From contig NC_134033.1 in the NCBI RefSeq assembly GCF_964204645.1, positions 14,702,655 to 14,766,654 of the forward strand: a DNA stretch of 64,000 nucleotides, given 5' to 3'. A program made the position numbers and the translations under genes. Below are positions 21,201 through 30,200 of the stretch, piece after piece; within the stretch, counting starts at the first letter, position 1; the number at the start of each line of letters is the position of its first letter. The notes beneath the pieces are model-generated. The model did not search any database. It saw only the letters and a program-made list of their open reading frames with translations, and was not told the origin of the DNA. The stretch is from Tubulanus polymorphus (taxonomy: Eukaryota; Animalia; Nemertea).

Positions 21201-24200
21201 TCGACTTCTTTCGCGGCTCCTTCTTTGGCTGGAGCTGGAGCACCAGTTTCTTCTTTCTTTTCATCTTTGACGGCTTCTTCGACTTTTTTCTTATCCTCGG
21301 TGACTTCTTTTTTAACTTCTTCAACTTTTTTCTCAGCCCCCGGCTTTCCTTCGGCTTTTTCTTTCTCAGCTTCTTTGAGTTTATTTTCCTTTTCTTTGAG
21401 TTTCTCAGTTTTCTCCTCTACTTTCTTCTTGGCTTTTTCTGTTTTTTCCTTTTTCTCCTCGACTTCTTTTGCGGCTCCTTCTTTGGCTGGAGCTGGAGTG
21501 CCGGTTTCCTCTTTCTTTTTGGCCTCGTCCAATTTCTTTTCTTCCTTCTTTTCATCTTTGACGGCTTCTTCGACTTTTTTCTTATCCTCGGTGACTTCTT
21601 TTTTAACTTCTTCGACTTTTTTCTCAGCCCCCGGCTTTCCTTCGGCCTTTTCTTTCTCAGCTTCTTTGAGTTTATTTTCCTTTTCTTTGAGTTTCTCAGT
21701 TTTCTCCTCTACTTTCTTCTTGGCTTTTTCTGTTTTTTCCTTTTTCTCCTCGACTTCTTTTGCGGCTCCTTTTTTGGCTGGAGCTGGAGCACCGGTTTCC
21801 TCTTTCTTTTTGGCCTCGTCCAATTTCTTTTCTTCTTTCTTTTCATCTTTGACGGCTTCTTCGACTTTTTTCTTATCCTCGGTGACTTCTTTTTTAACTT
21901 CTTCAACTTTTTTCTCAGCTCCCGGCTTTCCTTCGGCCTTTTCTTTCTCAGCTTCTTTGAGTTTATTTTCCTTTTCTTTGAGTTTCTCAGTTTTCTCCTC
22001 TACTTTCTTCTTGGCTTTTTCTGTTTTTTCCTTTTTCTCCTCGACTTCTTTTGCGGCTCCTTCTTTGGCTGGAGCTGGAGCGCCGGTTTCCTCTTTCTTT
22101 TTGGCCTCGTCCAATTTCTTTTCTTCCTTCTTCTCATCTTCGGCCGCTTCTTCGACTTTTTTCTTATCCTCGGTGACTTCTTTTTTAACTTCTTCAACTT
22201 TTTTCTCAGCCCCAGGCTTTCCTTCGGCTTTTTCTTTCTCAGCTTCTTTGAGTTTATTTTCCTTTTCTTTGAGTTTCTCAGTTTTCTCCTCTACTTTCTT
22301 CTTGGCTTTTTCTGTTTTTTCCTTTTTCTCCTCGACTTCTTTATCGGCTCCCTCTTTGATTGGAGCTGGAGCACCGGTTTCTTCTTTCTTTTTGGCCTCG
22401 TCCAATTTCTTTTCTTCCTTCTTTTCATCTTCGGCGGCTTCTTCGACTTTTTTCTTATCCTCGGTGACTTCTTTTTTAACTTCTTCAACTTTTTTCTCAG
22501 CCCCAGGCTTTCCTTCGGCTTTTTCTTTCTCAGCTTCTTTGAGTTTATTTTCCTTTTCTTTGAGTTTCTCAGTTTTCTCCTCTACTTTCTTCTTGGCTTT
22601 TTCTGTTTTTTCCTTTTTCTCCTCGACTTCTTTTGCGGCTCCCTCTTTGATTGGAGCTGGAGCACCGGTTTCTTCTTTCTTTTTGGCCTCGTCCAATTTC
22701 TTTTCTTCCTTCTTTTCATCTTTGACGGCTTCTTCGACTTTTTTCTTATCCTCGGTGACTTCTTTTTTAACTTCTTCAACTTTTTTCTCAGCCCCCGGCT
22801 TTCCTTCGGCTTTTTCTTTATCAGCTTCTTTGAGTTTATTTTCCTTTTCTTTGAGTTTCTCAGTTTTCTCCTCTACTTTCTTCTTGGCTTTTTCTGTTTT
22901 TTCCTTTTTCTCCTCGACTTCTTTCGCGGCTCCTTCTTTGGCTGGAGCTGGAGCGCCGGTTTCCTCTTTCTTTGTGGCGCCGTCCAATTTCTTTTCTTCT
23001 TTCTTTTCATCTTTGACGGCTTCTTCGACTTTTTTCTTATCCTCGGTGACTTCTTTTTTAACTTCTTCAACTTTTTTCTCAGCCCCCGGCTTTCCTTCGG
23101 CTTTTTCTTTCTCAGCTTCCTTGAGTTTATTTTCCTTTTCTTTCAGTTTCTCAGTTTTCTCCTCTACTTTCTTCTTGGCCTTTTCTGTTTGTTCCTTTTT
23201 CTCCTCGACTTCTTTTGCGGCTCCTTCTTTGGCTGGAGCTGGAGCGCCGGTTTCCTCTTTCTTTTTGGCCTCGTCCAATTTCTTTTCTTCCTTCTTTTCA
23301 TCTTCGGCGGCTTCTTCGACTTTTTTCTTATCCTCGGTGACTTCTTTTTTAACTTCTTCAACTTTTTTCTCAGCCCCCGGCTTTCCTTCGGCTTTTTCTT
23401 TCTCAGCTTCTTTGAGTTTATTTTCCTTTTCTTTCAGTTTCTCAGTTTTCTCCTCTACTTTCTTCTTGGCATTTTCTGTTTTTTCCTTTTTCTCCTCGAC
23501 TTCTTTTGCGGCTCCCTCTTTGGCTGGAGCTGGGGCACCGCTTTCTTCTTTCTTTTTGGCGTCGTCCAATTTCTTTTCTTCCTTCTTTTCATCTTTTGCT
23601 GCATCCTTAACGTCCTCTTCAGCTTTTTTGATCTCTTGTTTAACCTCTTCAACCTTTTCTTTGGCCCCCGGCTTTCCTTCAGCGGTTGCATTCTTTGCTT
23701 CCTCAAGTTTTTCTTTCTCATCATTCAATTTTTCAGTTTTCTGTTCAACTTTTTCTTTTGCCTTCTCTTTTTCTTTCTCTTCTTTTTCAACCTCTTTTTT
23801 GGCTTCTTCTTTTGACGGTGTTGTTTTGCCAGTTTCATTTTTTTCCATTCCTTTTACTTCGATTATTTCTTTTTTCCCTTCTTTTTTTACCTCTTTCTCT
23901 TTCTTTTCAGCTGTCTTGATTTCTTCATTAGATTTTGCCTCCTCTTTTTTAAGATCCGCCATTTCTTGTTTTATTTCTTCACTCTGAACTTTGTCCGTCG
24001 TTTTATTCGATTGCTTTTCTTTAACAATATCCATCTTTATTTTAACTTCCTCTTTTTTAACTTTGGCATTTTCTGCTTCTGCTTCTGCCGCATCATCTGC
24101 CTTTTGAGCAGCGTCTTTAGCTGTTTCATCTGCTTTTTTCAATCCTTCCTTCACAGCAACCTTTAATACTTCTTTTTTTATTTCAAGTTTGTCTTCGGTT

Positions 24201-27200
24201 GCCTTATCACCAGTTGCCTTTGCAGTTTTGATGTCCTTTTCGATTGTTTTCAAATTATCTTTCTTTTCCTCTACCTTTTTATTTGTTTCCATGGACTTAT
24301 CTTTACTTTTCTTAGCTTCTTCTTTTGTGTTCTCCTTGTTATCTTTAGCCTCTACAATAGCTTTTTTGATAACTTTTTCAGCATCTTTTGCAGTCTTCTT
24401 AGCCTTTTCCTGCAGGTTAGCTGCTTTTTCCTCTTGCTTTTTGTCGCCTTTAGATGCTGCTCCCTTCATCATTTTATCGGCTTCAGTTTTCTCTTCTTCT
24501 GCCTTTTTCACAAGATCTTTGGCTTGTTCAGCATCTTTCTCGGCTGTGTCCTTTGTCTTTGTTCCTGTAATCTTTTTAGCAGCCTCATCAATATCTTTTT
24601 CTTCTGTTTTTACCACTGCAACCCCCTCATTTGCTTTTGCCACTGACTTTTCTAAGGTTTTAGTGAGTTGCTTCTCGGCGTTTTCGATGGCTGTTTTATC
24701 TCCTTTCTTTTCAACTTTGTTAACATTTGCTTCTGCTTTCTTTAATTCTTTCTTTTCTTCTTTTACTTGTTTTTCCTCTTTTTTCACTTTATTCATTTTC
24801 GTTTTTAACTAAAAAAAAATTCAAATATCAAGTAATGTTCAACCTAATCGTTTAAACGAAGGATCTCAAAATTTCAATAAATGTGTCAATGACAACTCCT
24901 ATTCTTTCTTACCCCCACCCAGCCCTTTCATTACACATTTCCGAAGTTGGAACTATCGATTTTTTAATGAGAGACCGCCGACAAACATAAGCCCTCACGA
25001 ATGCATTTTGATCACAATTTTGATTGAAAATTACATAGAAACATTATAAACAAATTGTGAAAGAGCTCTAATAGACTATAAACAAATGCGCCTCCACAAA
25101 TCTCTCGTAAAGGGAGCATTTGTTTTCAAACATCTTTTTAAATTAATGTAAGAATCATATTGCATCGATAGTTCGGCATTCGTGATCATTCCGCGGGAGG
25201 CCTTCGATCTCCCACCCACTTCCGCAAGTTATACTAATTGGAACAACTACCGAAATTTTGAGATGCTCCTTAATGAATGTATGCTGCGGGATTGCATAAC
25301 TCCTACCTTACTACTTTCCTTTTTGGCTTTTTTATCCTGCTTTCTGGCTTTCTTTATTTCCTTTTTCAATTTCTTAATTTTTCTCTTCTGACCTTTGCCT
25401 GGTTTTTCCTTCAGTTTCACAAGTGCTTCTTTTTTATTTTTTATTTCTTTTTTTAATTTGTCTTCGTTGCCCTTTGCTGTTTTCAGTGTCTTCTCGATGG
25501 CATCTTTACTGCCTTTCAAACTCTTTTCTGCTTGAACAACCGATTTTTCTGCACTTTCTTTTACTTTAGCCTTTGTTTCCGCTAACTCCTCTTTCATTTT
25601 GTCTGTCTTATTCTTACCACCTAAAATACAGATAATGTATATGATTATCTATTATCATCGTCGCAAAATGAAAATATGAATTGCTTACCTTTATTCTCTG
25701 CCTCGCTTATTTCTTTCTCGATTACTTTGGCTTTAGCCAAACTTTCCTCACTTTTAGTTATTTCTTTTTCGGTATCTTCAGCCTCTGTTTTGGAAGCTGC
25801 GGATTCCTCCTTCACGACCTCTGCCTTATCCTTTGCTAATTTCTCTTTCGCACTTTCTGCATCCTTTTCAGCTTCCTGAGCCTTATCTTCCTTTTTCTCG
25901 AGCTTTTCATCTAACTTCTCCACGGTTGTGTTGTCCCCCTTTTTTTCTGCTACAGCTTTCTCTTTCTCAAGAGATTTAACTTCGGCTTCATCTTTTTCCT
26001 TCTCAGCATTTGCCTTTTCACTCTTTTTATCTGCATCAGAAATCTTTGTTGCTTCGGCAAGCTTCTTAACATCTTTGTTAGCATCAACTGCTGTTTTGTC
26101 TGCTACATCAGCTACTTTTTTCATTTCGTCATTCATGACATTTTTAGCTTTATCAGCCTCGGATTTTGCTTTCTCTGCTGCTGCTTTCATTCCAGGATCT
26201 TTCGTTTCACTTGCCTTTTTCTCGAGGTCTGATGCCTCTGTTTCTTTCTTAACAAGTTTTTTGGCTTTTTCGTCCGTCTCCTTTTTCGTCTTTTCGAGGA
26301 CATCTTCCTCCTTTTTAGCTTTCTTTAGTGCCACTTCGGCTTCTTTAACAACTTTGCCCTTTTCTTTAGCTATGTCTTTTTCAGCTTTAACTTCTTCCTT
26401 CGCCCCTGGTTTCGTATCACCTTTTTCTTTAGCAGCTTCAGTGGTAGCCACTTTTGCGTCTGACTTGGCTTTATCCAATGTATCTTTTGCAACTTTAATC
26501 TGCTCCTTTACGGTATCGTTTGCTTTATCTAATCCCTTTTTGACCTCGTCTACGCCTTTCTTGATCGCCTCCGTTTCTTTCTCCTCTTTATCTTTCTTTT
26601 CTACCTCAAGCTTCACTACTTTAGCCGCATCACCTTTAGTTTTAGCTTCAACAATCTCTTTTTTTATGTTACTAACCTCAGTTGCAGCTAAATCTGCTTT
26701 GTTGGCTGATTTCTTAGCTGCCTCGGTATCCTTTTCTGTGTCTTTCTTATCTGTTTTTGCTCTGTTTTTATCTTCTTTTTCTTTCTTCTCAGGGTTAACA
26801 GTCTCTTTTGCGGTCTTTTCAACCTGAAAAAGTGTCTCAATGGATATAGCAAATACTCTCTTTAAAACGATAGAAGATAAAAGAATATCTTACCGACATG
26901 ACTGATTTAGCAACCGATTTCATTGAAGCGATTGCTTTTTCTTCTGTATCTTCTGAAGTGGTCTTCAGTTGTTTTCCTTCGGGTGATTGTTTACTCGCTG
27001 ATTTCAACTGTTTTTCAAGGGCATCGGCTTTTTTCAAAGCACTCTCAGAGACCTTCGCATTATTTGCAAGTTCTGCTTTCTTCTTTTCCGTAGCTTTTAC
27101 TTTATTCTCCCTGGCTTTAGAATCCTCAGCAAGTTTCTCTGCCTTTTCTTTTAGGTCTTTTGCTTTCACATCATCGCCATCTTTCTCTGCTTTTTTAGCA

Positions 27201-30200
27201 TCTTTTAAATTCTCATCAGCCTTCTTTTTGTCATCTTGTGCTTTTTTCTTTTCAATTTTTTCACTTTTATCTGCCACCTTTGCTGCTGACTTCACAGCAT
27301 CCAACTGATCTTGCAAAGCCTTACTTTTAGAATCTTTTTTCTCTTTCTCCGCCTGCTGCAGTTTGGTTTGTACTTCACCTACAGTCTTTTGATCACCTTT
27401 TCCTTGCTTGACTTTAATGGTTACTTCCTGTAATTTATCTTTCAGTTTATCAACCTTTTTAGCTGTCATCTTAACAGTTTCAGCACTTTGAGATGCCTTT
27501 TCCGCTTCAGATTTAGCTTTGGATGCCTCTTTTTTAACCTCTTGCTTCTCAACCTTTTCTGCTACTTTAGTTTTTTTGTTTGCCATTGTGTTCAACTCCT
27601 TTGAGCTTTCAGCAGCCTTTTCTGCTTTTACTTTCAGCAAAGAATCATTTGAAGCTTTTGCATTTTCTGCCAATTTCTTTGCCTTTTCCTCTTCGGTTTT
27701 TGCTTTTGATTTGAGATCGGTTGCCTCCTTCTTCAATTCAGTGGCTGGGACGTTTGTAAGGCTTGCGATGTTTGAAATTGCCGGTTTAATAGTTTTTTCC
27801 ATGTCTTTAGCGTAGACTTTAATGTCTTTCTTTATTTTTTCTCTCTCATTCTTCATACCGATTCGTAGCGACTTTTCTTTTTCTTTGTCACCTATTATGT
27901 AGATCACGCATTACATACAGCAACATTAAAAGTACTTGTTATTATACTTACTAAAATTGGCATGTAAGAAATGCTCAAATTAGCAGATTGATTACTCGAA
28001 ATATCAATTAAAACATATATATCGAATAAAACATACAAATATATAATCTGTGTACTAAAGATAATTGTAAAAGTCCTACAATAGAATTTCATATGATAAA
28101 ATGTTTTATTACATTACTATTAGCCAACAGCCAAAACGTTGTGGTTTCGTTGTAATAAATTTTATCAAATGAAATTCTATTGTGGGACTTCGATTAAATA
28201 TGAATAAAGACATGGTGGATACCTTTGGTTTCGGCATCTTTTGCAGCAATTTCGTCATCAGAGATTTTCTGTGCAAGTTTCTGCACCTCCTTTTCCTTTT
28301 TGGCTATTTCATCTAATTGCTTTTTCACATTCACCGATGATTTCTTCTTTTCTTCAGTTTCCTTTTTCATTTGTTCGGATTCAGTTTTATCTTTCTTACC
28401 AATTTCTTTTTGTGTTTCATCTTTGGATTTTGCAAGTTCCTATTAAAAATGTGGTTAAGATATATTATTCATACAATAAATGAGACAACCACAGTATTAT
28501 CTGTAACCATGTTTACCTTGGCTTCCAAATCCTTATTAGTTGCTTTTGTTTCTATCTTTGAAGTTTGAACTTCAAGAAGCTTGAGCAGATTTTCAAAAAC
28601 AAGTTTTGCCTGTAGCAAAGCCGCTTGATACACTGTAATTACATGGATTATCAATTTCCGTCGCCCATCCCGCTTTGCATCTAGTTTAGCTTTGGCTTGT
28701 GTGATGAGTTTCTGATCATTCTTTGCAGTTGCTTTTTTAAGTTCAGCCCGTGCATCAGCCACTTCTGTTTCCTCTTTCTCGTACTGAATCCAAGAAGTAC
28801 ATAATATACTAGTGTTGGGGTAGAAACATCGAAGCACGAACATTTTTAATGATAAAAATCTTATTCTACCTTATTTAAATCGTCTACGGTTTCCTTTGTT
28901 TTCTTCTCTACCTCCACAACATCGTGCTCAACCCTTTTAGCTTTATCTTCCTTCGCCTGCGTGTCTTCATCGTCGATTTCGTCTTTCTTTTCAGCTTTGT
29001 CATCTTCAAGTTTTTTTACCTCTCGCTTTAACTCTTTCGATTCTTTTTCGGTTTTTGAATCATTTGATTTACTGGATTTTTCTTCAACCTTGGCGAGTTC
29101 ATCTTGCTTTGACTCGATTTTATCATCAATCTTCTTTAGATCTTTCTTCTTTTTATCAACTTTCTCCTTACTTTTCTCTTCTGACTTTACGTCATCAGCT
29201 TTCTCTTTAACCTGTTTCTCCATTACAGTAGCCTTTTCAGCTGTGAGTTTTACTTTCTCCTTCTTGATATCAGCCTTTTTCTTTACTACCTCAGCTTCCT
29301 TTGCCTTAAGGAATATCAAATTGAAATGAGTACATTAAAAATGTCACAACTAAATAAAAAATTGTATTTTATGATCAGTATAACTAATAAATCACATCTT
29401 TACCTTGCCACTGCTCTTTAATTCAGCAGCTTTTTTCTGCAGTTCTAAAGCTTTTTCTTCATCCTTCTTCTCCTTGTCTTTTATATTTTCTACTTTCTTC
29501 TCTAACTTCTTAACTCCTTTCTCTTCTTCTTTAATGACCTTTGCCTTTGCTTTTTTCATATCGTCTTCTGTTTTTTCGACATCCTTAGTTTTTGATTTCA
29601 CTTCATTTTCCAATTTGTTTGCAATCGCTTTGTCTTCAGGTTTTCCTGTTTTCAGTGCTTTAGCTTTGGCATTGCTAGCTTTTACTTCAGTTTTTTCAAG
29701 ATTTTTCTTCTCCGATTCTTCCTTAGCCTTGCTTTCTTCCACCTTTTTCTCTGCTTGCTTCTGTTTTTCGACTGTTACCTTTTCGTCTGCCTTTTCTTTT
29801 TTGCTTGCTAGTTCCTCTTTCTTAGTTTCCAATTTTGATAGATTTTTCTTTATGTCATCAGCTTTTTTATTTGCATCTGGTGATCCTTTCGCGGCAGCTT
29901 TTTCTAAGTCAACTTCTTCCTTTTCAATTTTCTCTTCGGTTGCTTTTTCCTCCTTGTCAACCTTTTTCACTTCTTTTAGGTCCTTTGCTACTGTTTCAGA
30001 TGATTTCTTTTCTTCCTTTGCTTCTTTAACAAGCTTCTTTGAATCAGCCTTCATTTTATCAGCATCGGTCTTTGCCTTATCAGCTGCTGCTTGAGCCTGG
30101 GCAGCCTTTTCTTTGTTGCCTTTATTAGCTTCATCCTTTGCCTTTGCTTCCATTTTCAAAGCTTTTGTTTCTTCTGTCTTTGCTTTTTGTTCGTCTTTCT

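Noticed and set aside
17552-23539. CRISPR-like or satellite interpretation of the array
   Set aside because: No unique spacers, eukaryotic context, and all length variants preserve the reading frame.
17734-23724. Series of 65-aa K/R-rich protamine-like ORFs
   Set aside because: Alternative-frame shadows of the 291-bp repeat with non-ATG starts.
17394-23987. 2197-aa F/S-rich + strand ORF (and similar ORFs at 24189, 25928, 26898, 29405, 30113)
   Set aside because: Antisense mirror of the KE-rich exons. It stays open because the sense frame lacks TTA/CTA/TCA codons there; splice sites support only the - strand.
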